DNA of 63,753 nucleotides, filler included, from Reclinomonas americana ATCC 50394 (Eukaryota): NCBI GenBank assembly GCA_048213135.1. It is 5 parts of one record of this genome, joined end to end, with 100 filler letters (N's around TTAATTAATTAA, not from the genome) between each part and the next. Parts side by side here need not be neighbours in the genome. Positions count along the whole stretch, not along the records: positions 24,510 to 42,019 come from PS015230.1; positions 42,120 to 49,154 come from PS015230.1; positions 49,255 to 63,753 come from PS015230.1; 2 more parts are not named here. The stretch is one strand, 5' to 3'. A model generated the notes under the pieces. It was not told the DNA's origin. It saw only the letters and a program-made list of their open reading frames with translations, and made no database searches. The translations under genes and the position numbers were made by a program. Positions 41,851 to 53,820 of this stretch are shown here, in pieces (the stretch's first letter is position 1; each line of letters begins with the position of its first letter).

Positions 41851-42331
41851 CTGAAAACGACCGGAGATTTTTAGGCGATGGATAAAGTCAGCATAAGGCG
41901 ACGCCTAAGGTGAGTGCAGGGGTGTGTGGCAGTGTGTGTGTGTGTGTGTGTGTATGTATGTGTGTGTGTGTGTGTGTGTGTGCGTGTGTGTGTGTGTGTG
42001 TGTGTCGAGTAGGTGTAGANNNNNNNNNNNNNNNNNNNNNNNNNNNNNNNNNNNNNNNNNNNNTTAATTAATTAANNNNNNNNNNNNNNNNNNNNNNNNN
42101 NNNNNNNNNNNNNNNNNNNTGTGTGAAGTAAAAGAGTGATTTGGAGAGGTTTACAGAAGGAGATTACAGAAGAGCGTTTCCTGCACACCATCATGTGCTG
42201 TTGTGACCGCTCGACTGCCCGGAGAGTGCCTGCACTGAAACTGCAGGTTCTTGAGGTTAGGATACATTCAACAACGCTTTTCATATCACATTCTGCACAT
42301 CACAATGCCGTCTTCCTCCTTTCTCCATGGT

Positions 42332-43516
42332 CTACGACGGGTGGTAGGGCGTGGTGCAGAAGGAGGGGTCGTGGATGACCTTGGAGCGCGTCTTCGTGGT
42401 GTTCAGTGAATCGTTGCGGTAGTTGGCGGCAAAGTCGCGGGTGAATTGGCCCTTGCGTCCGTACTGGAGAGTAGGAGAGGCAAAGGGTGAGAGCGCAGAA
42501 CGGAGCGTTGGTGAGATGAACAGATGAAGAGAGGGGAAAGCGCTGAGAGCACAAGCGAAAGGAGTGGACACAGGAGGTCGAGGAAATGGAAAGAGAAGGA
42601 ACGACGGGAGAAGGAAGGTCTGTGGAGTGACGGCAACGGAGAGAGAGGGAAAGATGAAGAAGAGAGTGAGAAGAAGAGAGAGACAAAGAGTGAGAGAGAG
42701 AGAGTGTGTCACCGAGCGAGTCGACACGGCAGAAGAAGAGAACAGAAGTATGAGGCCAAGAGTGTGAGAGATTGCGAGTGACGAGAGTGTGTGCTTGCGT
42801 TCGCAAAGCTCGCACTCACACATTCTCTCTCTCTCTCTCTCTCTCTCTNNNNNNNNNNNNNNNNNNNNNNNNNNNNNNNNNNNNNNNNNNNNNNNNNNNN
42901 NNNNNNNNNNNNNNNNNNNNNNNNNNNNNNNNNNNNNNNNNNNNNNNNNNNNNNNNNNNNNNNNNNNNNNNNNNNNNNNNNNNNNNNNNNNNNNNNNNNN
43001 NNNNNNNNNNNNNNNNNNNNNNNNNNNNNNNNNNNNNNNNNNNNNNNNNNNNNNNNNNNNNNNNNNNNNNNNNNNNNNNNNNNNNNNNNNNNNNNNNNNN
43101 NNNNNNNNNNNNNNNNNNNNNNNCTCTCTCTCTCTCTCTCCCTCTCGCACACACACACACACTCGTTCTCTCTATCTCTCACACATTTACTCTCTCATTC
43201 ACTCACTCTCCCTTCTTTCCCCTCTCCCCTCTCTCTCTCTTACACACACACTCTCTCTCTCCTTCACCCTCCACTCACTCCTCCTCATGTGCCACGTCAC
43301 ACACACACACGCGCGTGCCACTCACCTCCGACGCCGCACTTCCTGATCCCTCCGCTGCCTGGTGCACACGCGCACCCACAGCACTGGAGCTGGTCTTATA
43401 CAGAGGATTGCCTGTGTACACACACAGAGAGAGGGAGAAGCAAAGTGTGAGCGCAAAAAAAAACTGTTCAACAACTGCCGATCAATCACTCAACTGTTGC
43501 CGGTGGTGTCTGTCAT
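42332..43516 (-). CDS. Small PIERCE1/FAP182-like ciliary microtubule inner protein (about 80 aa, at least 3 exons)
   Basis: Exons 43516-43495, 43411-43326 and 42463-42332 give MTDTTGNSNPLYKTSSSAVG...GQFTRDFAANYRNDSLNTTKTRSKV, resembling recalled PIERCE motifs YRTSN..YG and F....FRN..LN....S.V. Confidence 0.6.
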
Positions 43517-43729
43517 GATTCAAACAGAAAGACACACACAAAGAGGAGAGAGAGAGAGAGGGAGAAGTCAGTGACAGTGACGAGTGAAGCTTGTGGGCAA
43601 GGAACGCAACTCTGCATGATCTGCTCTCTCAAAACGGACACCAAATGCGTTTTGAAATTTCGCCACCTTTACACAACGTCAAACTTTGATCAACACGAAC
43701 GCCAACTCCTGATTACTTCATTATTATCA

Positions 43730-45505
43730 TCACACTTTCAGCCCCGACGTGCAATCGCCCGACGTCGCGCACGCCCCGGACGTGTCGGCCGCCGGCACAG
43801 GCGCGACTTTCGGGTAGCACGTCGATGTGGAGGTGACGTACGTCCACGCCGCACACGTCGTGATGCTGGAGCAGAATGTTGCGCAGGCTTGTGGGCCGCT
43901 CAGCACTGTCGCCAGGTTCGGCAGGTCGTTGCCCGGATAATCTGCCAACCAACAGCGTCAGTGAGAGTAGCGAAAGGGAAAGCAGCTGCATGCGCGATTG
44001 GAATGCAACTGGTCCACGTCGAGAATGTTGAGCTGTCGTATGAAGCACTCAGCGTCTTCTTGCCGGTCGTCAAGCAGAAGGACGAACCGCAAATGTTCGA
44101 AGTCTCGGGATTGGCGGCGGAGGCCGGCACGTTCGTCTGCGTGCGCAGAGTGTGGTAAGAAGAAGGATGGGATCTCCCACATGCTCCGCAAAGATGGTGT
44201 GTGCATGAAAGCATGCATACGGCCTTCTTCTGTCCTCATGATCAGCATTCGGTTCAGATAGTCATCAGCTGTCTTTCAGTTGTCTTTCTGTCTGCACTGC
44301 TCCCTCACTATCGCTGTGTGTTCTCCCATCACCCTTCCCCGCCTCTGTCTCTTTCTGTCCGTCTGCTTACTGTCTTGTATAAATCTCCCACTTTTCAATC
44401 CATGTCTTCTGTCTCAGTCTGCGTGGCACCTGCCTGTCATTTTCCTGCGTCTGTCTCTCTTTCTCTCGCCTCGCAGGATTTACTCCCTCTCCATGTTCAT
44501 CTCTCTCTTTCTCTTTCCCTCCCTCCCTCCCTCCCTCCTCCCCCCCCCCCCCCCCTCCCCTCCCTTCTGTTGCTCCCCCTTTCGCTCACCAGCATCGTAC
44601 ACAGCGACACTCCCTGCGTGTTCGACGCCGCAGTGGCCGCCAGGAACCTCCACGAACGACAGGCAGCGTACCGATCGCACAGCGCACAGCACGCCGCATG
44701 ACTGACGATTCGAGAAGTCGTGGCCAGCATGGTACCATTGGGGCGATCCACTGCCTCAAACGTGCACACTTGCAGCGGTGCTGCAATGCAATATCGACAA
44801 AACCAGCATGTTACACGATATCGAAAAAACTGACTGCACTTTTTCTGCTCACCAGCTGCAATACCCGTCTCACGCGAGCCACAACTGCGCATATTGACTG
44901 CAGAACACACCTTTGTTAGGAGCCACAAAGGAGGAGGAGAGACACACTCTCTTGATCGCGTACCATCTCGGAAGGTCAGCAGCTGCGAATATGACTGCGC
45001 AGGCGATCCGTTGTCGGTCACTTGCACCTGCACTTCCATCCACCCTAACACCACTGCGTTTGACACAATCGACAGCTGCGATCCCGAGATGCTGAAGCTG
45101 GCCGCATTCGCCCCTCCCACCACAGTGTACGTGAACGTGTCCGACGCATTCAGATCCGACGCACTCATCGGGCCCACAGCGATCGGATAGCCGCCTGCTG
45201 GATTGTAGGTCGACGACGGCACCGTGATGCCGCTTGGTGGAACGTTGCCTGCACGTGCATGTGAGAATCGAGAACGACTCGGACAGCAGTCCGTGTCACT
45301 GCATCCTTCTGTTTCTCCCTCAGAATGGTGTCACTTCCTCCCTTTTCAGTCACTGCCTACCTTTCATGTCACAGTCTCTCCCCAGTACTGTCTTTCACTT
45401 TATGTCACTGTCTCTCTCCGAAGCACTAACTCTCCATTTCACAGTATCACCGTCTCCCCCATGTCAATACCTCCCCCATGTCATTGCCACTCTCCTTCCG
45501 TGTCA

Positions 45506-45539
<34 letters not shown>

Positions 45540-48500
45540 CACTGCACTTGCCTCCCCTTCAATTCCGTGCTCTCGATGCCACTGGCTCTCTTCATATCAC
45601 TGTTTCTTTCTCTTCATATCGGTCTGCTCTGTTTCTGTTAACAGTTTTAGTTGTGGAAGGAAAGCACACGAGACTTGTTAGACGCTCATTGTTGTGCACA
45701 TCTGTAGACTGTATGCTCAGTGAGCTTCGTGCATGTATCGTCACTATCACACAATCTATCTCTCCCTCTTTCCCTCCCTCCTTTCCTCTCCCTCCCCCTC
45801 TCCCTTGCCAACACCCTTTTCCTCCCATCACTCACCAATGGCCATCGAGCGAACTGCCACATACTTCTTCGAGTTGCTCCACCGCGTGCACAACTCGTAC
45901 GTCCCCGAACTCGCACCAGCCGCGTTGATGGTGATCACAATCTGCGTGGCATTCGTGAACGAGCTGGTGATGCTGGTGCTGGCGACAGTGGTCGGCGGGT
46001 TGCCGGCCCAGCAGCGCGGCGTGGCAAGCACATAGGCCGACGAGTCGCCAGAGTTGTTCACCATGTTGGTGCCGGTCAGTGTCACCACCTGAGCCGCGGC
46101 GGCACTGATGGAAGTCGGCGAGATGGCCGTCACCGCCACTGAAACAGCACCAAGAGGGTGAGCGCTAGCTCGCAATCGCGATCGGGGATTTGATGGGAAG
46201 CAAGCAGAACCGACCAGCGGGGATTGTCAGCGTCTGCGAGAAACTCATGGCCGGAACTCCATTGTCGGTGGTGCTCACAGTCACCACAAACGACTGCTGG
46301 ATGCTGTCGGCCACCGTCCACGTCAGCTGGCTGCCGGAAACGGAAAAGCTGCTCGCATTCGCTCCACCAGTAATGGCGTATGTGAAACTGGTCTGGTTCG
46401 CGTTCGGGTCGGTGGTTGCCAGAGTGACCGCCACCGCGCCAATCGCCGTGGGTGGCGCGTATGCCGCTGGACTGAACGTGATGGCCGTGGGCGCATTGTT
46501 CACTGCGATGCACGCGATTGCAGGTGAACGAGCGGTGGCCAATGGGAATGCGAGAGTACACAGACATTCTCTATCTCTTCGCGAATTCTTACTCTCTCAA
46601 CTTTCTCCCTCTCTCTTTCCCTCTCTCTCTCTCTCCCTTCCCCCTCTCTTTCTCTTATTGAGTACCTGATGTGATGGTGAATGACTTGCTGAACGACAGC
46701 GCACCGATGTCGGTGGTGCTCAGAGTCACCGACAGGGAGGCCGTTGTTTGACCGGCCGCAGTGATCACCAACTGCGAGTTCGACAGAATGGAGAACACGC
46801 CAGCCGGCGTGCTGCTGACCACCGCATACGTGAACGTGTCGCCAACATCCGGGTCCACCGAGCTGAGTGTGCAGATCACCGTGTTGGCCGTCGACGGCGC
46901 CACATACGTGGTCGTCGAGCAGCCAATGTCGGTGGGCGCACTGTCGGCAATGAAGGAGCGCGCCGCGCCGCTGTACGCCAGACCGCCCGACGTTAAGCCT
47001 CGTGCTCGGAAGTAGTACTTGGTGGCGAAGGTGAGCGAGCTGATGGCGGCAGATATCGAAACGTTGGAGGAGCCGGTGGCCGTGGCCGGCGTGGCCGCCA
47101 CCGTCGACGACGGACCGAGCGTGAGGCGCCGGATCGTCATGTCGAGTTGATCTGCAAACGAAGAGTTGGCAAACACAACAATGCATCTTACGGTCTGGTC
47201 TGCCTGCACAACGTACCAGCAATCAGCAGGGAAGCAGTCGCGGGGTCCCATGTCAGCCAATACTGCATGCATATGATCGCGCGCGGATAAAGCCAATGAG
47301 CAAGAAGATTGTTCGGGCGATGCCGCATTGACTTACTATGCTTGCATTGAATGCATTGGTGGTCAAGGCAGCGCCCGTCGCACCTCCCGAGGTGCCCGTA
47401 CCGGCAATTGTGGTGATGGTGCTGGCATTCAAGTTGATCTGCCGAATCACGCTGCCTTTCTGCGAGCGATGGCCAACCACAAATGGTGAGAAAGGCGGTG
47501 ATAGTGCGACAACTCCGCGCAGAGGTCGGTTACTCAACACCAGCAACGTAGAGCACGTTCAAATCCGGGTTGTAAGCGATACTCAATGGCTGATTGACGG
47601 TGGCCATGTTGACTGCATGGGCACGTGCGCAGATGAGGCGAAGACCAGCGCGCCGCGAGTTTAGGCAAGAATGCAGAGGCAACGCAACGCGGTCCGTCAT
47701 TGGAAGTGGTCACACCAGTGCCCACGAGTGTCGACACGTTGCTTCCCGGAATGTCAAATATACGAACTCTCTGTGTGGGCGCATGAAAAGTTGGATGATG
47801 CCGTACGCAAGCACAAGCTGATCATGACAGGCACCCGCAAATGCACGTACGCTGTTGTTCTTTTCGGCGATCCACAAAATGGTGCCGCTTGAATTGAGTT
47901 CGATTTGCAGCGGTGCGCTGAACTTGGCGACAGTGAGTGCGGCACCGTCCGCGAATCCAGTTGTTGTTCCTGCGACGGTGGTCACAACGGCACCAGGAAG
48001 CGTGATCTGTGACGAACGTCAGACACAGGTGAGGGGAGCACACGGTCGCGACTGCCCATCTGTTGTTGTACCTTGCGACTGCAAATAAACACGCGAGGGA
48101 CGTTAGTGCTGATATGTCAGTGGCACAAGGGACGAAGCGGGGATGTGAATACAACGAAACATGACCTGGCCCGAGACTGAGGAATCAGAGACATACATCA
48201 CCGAGTTGGCTTCGTCGACAACCACGCCCGTCGGGTTGGCGAACCTCGCACTGCTTCCAGTACCATCGACAACGGAGCCTGTACTGCCACAGCTGCCAGC
48301 AATTGTGGTCACCTGGGCGGTGGCTATGTTCACTGCCCGAACGCAGTTGTTGATAGAGTCGCCCACGTACATTGTACCACTTGAGGTGCACGCCAGGCCT
48401 CGAGGACTGCACATCGACATGAAAACACACGCAGAGCGCGAGTTCAGCAACAAAAGAAACGGTGCACTCGATCTTGCTGCTCTGGCACATACGCATTGAA

Positions 48501-48987
48501 GGAAGCGCCAGTGCCCGTCCCGTCAGCGGTGCCGGGCGTAGTACTGCCGGCAAAGGTGACAACGTATCCGTTCTGAAACACTCGGCGAATAGTGTTCGAC
48601 CTTTTGACACGTTGTGCACACACACACGCACACACACGTATGTGCACAGGTGAGTGCGAGACTGGTGGTGGTTCATCACACACGGCACACAATTACTTTC
48701 AACGCACTGAATGCTTGAGACGTACAAGTCTCCCGAGTTGCGGTCCATGCACATTCCTTCTATCCAGTATAACGTCGCCGTTCCGAGGGCACCATCCAAG
48801 GTGCCTGACGTCAGAGTCTTGCCGGCATAGATGGACACCGCGGCGCTGGCGTACGAGGACTGCGTGGTACCGTAGGTAAACGAGTTGGTGAGACCGCCAG
48901 CCACGCCATTGGCATTGACGGAGCCTTGCAGTGTGGCGGTGGTGTTCATCACGCTGGTGGCCGCCGAGGTCGTCACAGTCTGAGCCA
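43730..48987 (-). CDS. Large extracellular protein: FN3-like + NHL propeller + cadherin-like repeats + PAN/apple domain (5' end lost)
   Basis: NHL repeats (DGTGSSARFANPTGVVVD, YVGDSINNCVR); three cadherin-like repeats (DPDVGDTFTY, GGANASSFSVSG); C-terminal DYPGNDL...CAAWTY...CYPK. Confidence 0.8.
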
Positions 48988-49413
48988 CTGCATGACAGGA
49001 ACAGAATGAGTGGCATTGCGGAGAGGGAGAAAGTGGGGGAGAGGAGAGAGAGAGAGGGGAGAGAGGGAGAGAGGGAGAGAGGGAGAGAGAGAGAGGAGAG
49101 AGGAGAGAGAGAGAGAGAGAGAGGAGGAGAGGAAGGAAGAGAGAGAGAGAGAGANNNNNNNNNNNNNNNNNNNNNNNNNNNNNNNNNNNNNNNNNNNNTT
49201 AATTAATTAANNNNNNNNNNNNNNNNNNNNNNNNNNNNNNNNNNNNNNNNNNNNTCTCCTCCCTCCCTCCCTCCCTCCCTCACTCACTCACTCACTCACT
49301 CACTCACTCACCCACCCAGTCACTCACTCCCTTCCCTCTCCCCCACTCCCTCCCTCCCTCCCTCCCTCCCTCCTCCCTTCTCCTTTTTCTCTCCCTTCGG
49401 CTTCGCCGTGCAG

Positions 49414-52400
49414 TTCGCCGTCATTTTCATCCTCTTCCTGCTCGGCGGCGTTGCGGTTGCGGCCGTGGCCTTCCGCAAGGGCTCCATCCGCGGCATTTTC
49501 AACCCCGTGGGCCAGAACAATGAGTTTTGCGGTGTCGGCATTAACGAGGGCCTGTTGCGTGTGCTGATCACGTGCGCTATGGGGCGTGCGTCGAGTCTCA
49601 CCTTTTTCGTTGTTGTTATGATGGCAGGCCCAAGTTCATCTACAGCGACTATTCGAACTTGAGCGGAGGTGGCTACTGCGCGTCGGCGTGCCCCAATGGA
49701 CAGCAGTGTCCGTCGTTGCGTCTGCGGATGGCATTCTTTGTTGGAGGGAAGGATGACTTGTGCCAGTCTCTATTTGTCTACTGTTCTCGACGCCTCTCTC
49801 ATGCACATGCGTGATCTTCTCCTTCGTTTGTTCCTGGCTTTCATCGCTCTTTCTCCTGTCCCTCGTTGCGTTCTTCTTTTTTTCGTCCTCTGTTTCCTTC
49901 ACCGACCGCTTCGCCGTCTCTTCGTTCTCCGCTCACTTCCTCAGCTTGCTCGGTTGGCGGTGCCTTTCTTCTCTTTCTCCTGTCCCTCGTTGTTACTCTT
50001 CCTTTTGCTTCATTCCCACTTTCCCTTCCTCCCTCTCCCTTCATCTTATTCCTTCACCACGCATACCATCGTCTCTTCATCCCCTCATGCTGTGATTGCC
50101 TGTTGGAGATGACTCTCTGCTCTTGTCCCTTATCCCTTTGCTTCTCTTCCTTTCCAAGCTCCTCCTCTTCTTCTATTGCGAATTCCTCCTCCTTCATCAC
50201 CCATGTCTTCGTCTTCGCCTTCTCTTCTTCTCTCTCCGCTCTCTGGTCCCTCACCCCTTCCTTCCCTTCTTCCCTCGTGTCGCACAGCGACTTCTCCCCT
50301 GGCAGCCCCAGCATCGCAGTCAAGAACGGCATCTCCTACCAAGTCTGTGTGCAAAACAGTAGCGGCTTGAAAGGTGCACACACACCCTTCTCTCTCATTT
50401 GCCACCGCAACTTCTCTCATCTCTGTCCACTCGCGCAGTGTACGGCAAATACCGCTCATGTGAGTCACTCTGCTCCTCGCCCTTCTCCCTCCTCGTCTGC
50501 CTCACGCCTCACTTTCCTTTTCACAAACCAGTCGTCAACCGCTGCTTCCCGGTCGCGCCGGCCTATCTACCCGTCGGCAAGGGCCTCGACCTGGTCAGCA
50601 CCTCGATCAACAACGTCGGTCGCTCGTGGCCGGCACAGCTTCTCGCACTGCTCATCTGTGTGGTGATGTCCTTTATCTTTGTGTGGTGCGTAACAGTCAT
50701 CTTGGCGCGTCGCTGTTTAATCACGCCACCCACTTTTTCCCTATGCAGGTTCACTGGCCGCTTTGCCGGCTGGCTCTCGTGGGTCGCGATGATTGTCGTC
50801 GTGGCGGGTTTGGTGATTCTCGGCGTGTATGCCGCTGTGCGTGGTGCGTAATGACGGTCGCCTGCTCCACGAGTACCCATGTTCATTGTGCTGTGCAAGT
50901 ATAGCCCGGCAAATTCAGAACGAAAACGACGACTTGGGCATTGAGGAGGAGACGCGCGGTCAAGTGATTGCGCTGTGGGTGTTTGCTGGCGCATGCTTGT
51001 TCGGTGCTCTCATTTTGATCATCATGATGGTGCGCCTGTGGCACTTTGAACATCTTCTCTCTCTCTCTCTCTCCCTCTCCTTCACTTCCCTTCTTCCTCC
51101 TTCTCAATATCCTTCCCCTCTTCCCCCTCTTTTTTTGTCAGATTGCCCTGCGCCACCACATCCGCGTCGCCGGTCTCGTGATCCTGGAGGCCTCGCGAGC
51201 CATTCTACACACGCCCACCATTCCAGTGTTTCCGTTCTGGGTGTTCCTCGCGCAAGTCGGCTTCTTCTCGTACTGGATCGCAGGTGGAGGAGTTCTCGTT
51301 TCGTCTCCCACCTCCCGCAGTTGTCTATTCTCACCACGTCGCGACACCGCAGTGTGCGTCTTCCTGTTCGGCGCCGGCACTATTGAGAATGGCACCATCT
51401 CCTATGCCACCAACGTGCGGGTGCGTACTCTGCGTTCTTCTTCTGTCATACTGGATGATGCGGCTGACCCCGTCCACCTCAGTACGCCATTCTGTATCAC
51501 ATTTTCCTCGGCATCTGGGTGTCGCTCTTCTTTATTGCGCTGACCACCGCGACGGTGGCCGGTGCCACGCGCTTCTGGTACTGCAACGAGGATCCGAAGG
51601 TGTGTGCGGGCAAGCATTTCGACCAGCCGGTTGCCATCTCTCTCTTTCTCCCTCCTTCTCCCTCCCATTCCCTTCTCCCTCTGTCTCCCTCTCACTCACC
51701 GCATCATGTATACCGCAGATCAAGGAGATCACGTGGCCCGTCATGAAGTCCTGGGCGCGTGCTCAGTTTTATCATTTCGGTGTGATGTCAACGCTGTTGT
51801 TCTCTTCTCCCTCTCCTTCCTCTCGTCACACCCGATTCCCTCCACGCAGGATCACTGGCCTTTGGTAGTCTCATTGTGGCCGTGGTCCAGATGCTGCGCT
51901 ACATGCTGACGTACTTGCTGGCCAAGCTGCAGGTGCGTGATCCTCTTCTCCGTTCAACTCTGTTCATTCTCGACTGACCCCATCCATTCACAGGCTGCTG
52001 AGCGTGGATCTGCTCGCTTTGTTGCGTTGCCGAGCGCGTTCCTGCTAAATGCCACTCACTCTCACATCGCCATTGCCGCACGTCACAGTGTGGTATCATT
52101 CCGGTCTCCAGCTGCCTCTTGCCCGGCGTGCCCGGCGCGCTCTTCTCGAACGGCGTCGGTGCCGTGTGCAGCGGAGCCACGTGCTGCTACAAGGTGAGTG
52201 GGTGTAAACCACGGGCAGCTGCGCGAATGATATTCTGCTCACCATTACACCGCCACTCTGGCAGCTGTGCTGCTGCTGCTGCCTGTGCTGCTTGTACTGC
52301 CTGGAGAAGTGCCTCAAGTATCTGACACATCACGCGTACATTGAGGTGAAGGGTTGTGCCAGCGCGCGTGTTGTTTGGATGCTTGCGAGAGTCTGACTGA

Positions 52401-53406
52401 TTCGCATCGATCGCAGATGATGATCACCGACGAGAACTTTTGCAGCTCTGCTGTCCGCGCGTTCCACCTGTACACCAACAACCTCGGCCTGGTGTTTGCC
52501 GTCGATCTGGTCGGCGACTGGCTCCTGTTCCTTGGCAAGGTGTGTGGAAGTCTGTCACTCCTCCTTGTCTTATCGCTCCTGACTTGGCTTGCTTGAGCAG
52601 CTGGGCATCTCCGCGTTCTGCACCTTCCTGGTCATGGTGTTCATCCGTTCCGATGCGCTGGTGCAAGGCGGTGCAGAGCAGATCTCCAATCCGTTCTTCC
52701 CGGCGATGGTGCGTGTGTGTCGAAAGCGGTGCTTCGTAGCTGCTGTGCGTGGGCACTGACAAAAAGTGGTGGCGTCCCAGCTCGCCTTTATTGTCAACTA
52801 CTTTGTCGCCAAGACGTTCATGAAGGTTGGTCTGCCCCGTCACGAACTGCTGCAGTTTGCGTACGATGCTCAAAATCACGTGCTGCCGCAGACTTTCGAG
52901 ACAGCCATCGACACCACGCTGCACTTGTATGTGTACGACAATGACAACATGAAGCACGGCATGATGGTGCGTTGGAGAAGGAAGGGAGCGAGGAGGGAGA
53001 GAGAGAGAGTGGGGAGAATGTAAACAGAGACAAGAATGAGAGACAGAGGGTGCGTGCCTGAGACAACGTGAGAGAGAGAGAGAGTGAGTGTGTGTGTGTG
53101 TGAGAGAGAGAGAGAGATAGAGAGAGTGAGAGAGATAGAGACAGATAAGAAGTTGTGTTTGTCAGAGAGAAAGAGATGGTTATGAAGTCGTGCTGAATTT
53201 GTGCGTCCCAGGTGTATGCCTCCAAGGATCTGCAGGCGGTCATGGACGGCTACCGCAAGGATCACGCGCAGTTGCATCCGGAATTCAACATGCCACCTCC
53301 GACGTCGGCACCCGGCCACATGCAGTCGGTGAACCCCACTGCACCGCCCGCCGGCAGCAACAATCCACATCCGCCGCCTGCGGCCCCAACGCAAGTGCGC
53401 ATGTAA
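49414..53406 (+). CDS. Choline transporter-like (SLC44/CTL/PNS1) multi-pass membrane protein (5' end lost)
   Basis: VNRCFP, FYHFGSLAFGSLIVAVVQ, CLEKCLKYLTHHAYIE, NFCSSAVRAF, WLLFLGK, FETAIDT; about 20 GT-AG introns. Confidence 0.92.
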
Positions 53407-53820
53407 AGAGTAAGGGATGCAGGAAGGTGACGGGCAGAGTGAAGGCGAATGTACCACCTGTTTTGGATCCATGCTTTTTCTCACCAGTCTCATTTTCGTC
53501 TTTCTCTTCAACGTTTCTGCGGCACGTCTCAGTGTCACAGCCGTCACTCGAGAAGGCAGCTGTGTTGCTGTCTGGATCGTCGTCATTCACTTCTCGAAGT
53601 CTCGGCAAGTGCTCTTCGTGTAATTTCTCGATCTGCCAACGGGCCTGCAAGCAGAAAAAAGGACCCTTGCTGCTACGACAGAGGTTCGCTTGCACTCCTG
53701 GCTTGTTTCGACCTTGTATCCGGCTTGTTGTTGCATGCATTGGTCCCATCGTCCTCTGAAGTCTTCATCACGCGCTCATATCACTCGCATCAACAAGCGC
53801 ACTCGCCTGCACACACTCTC

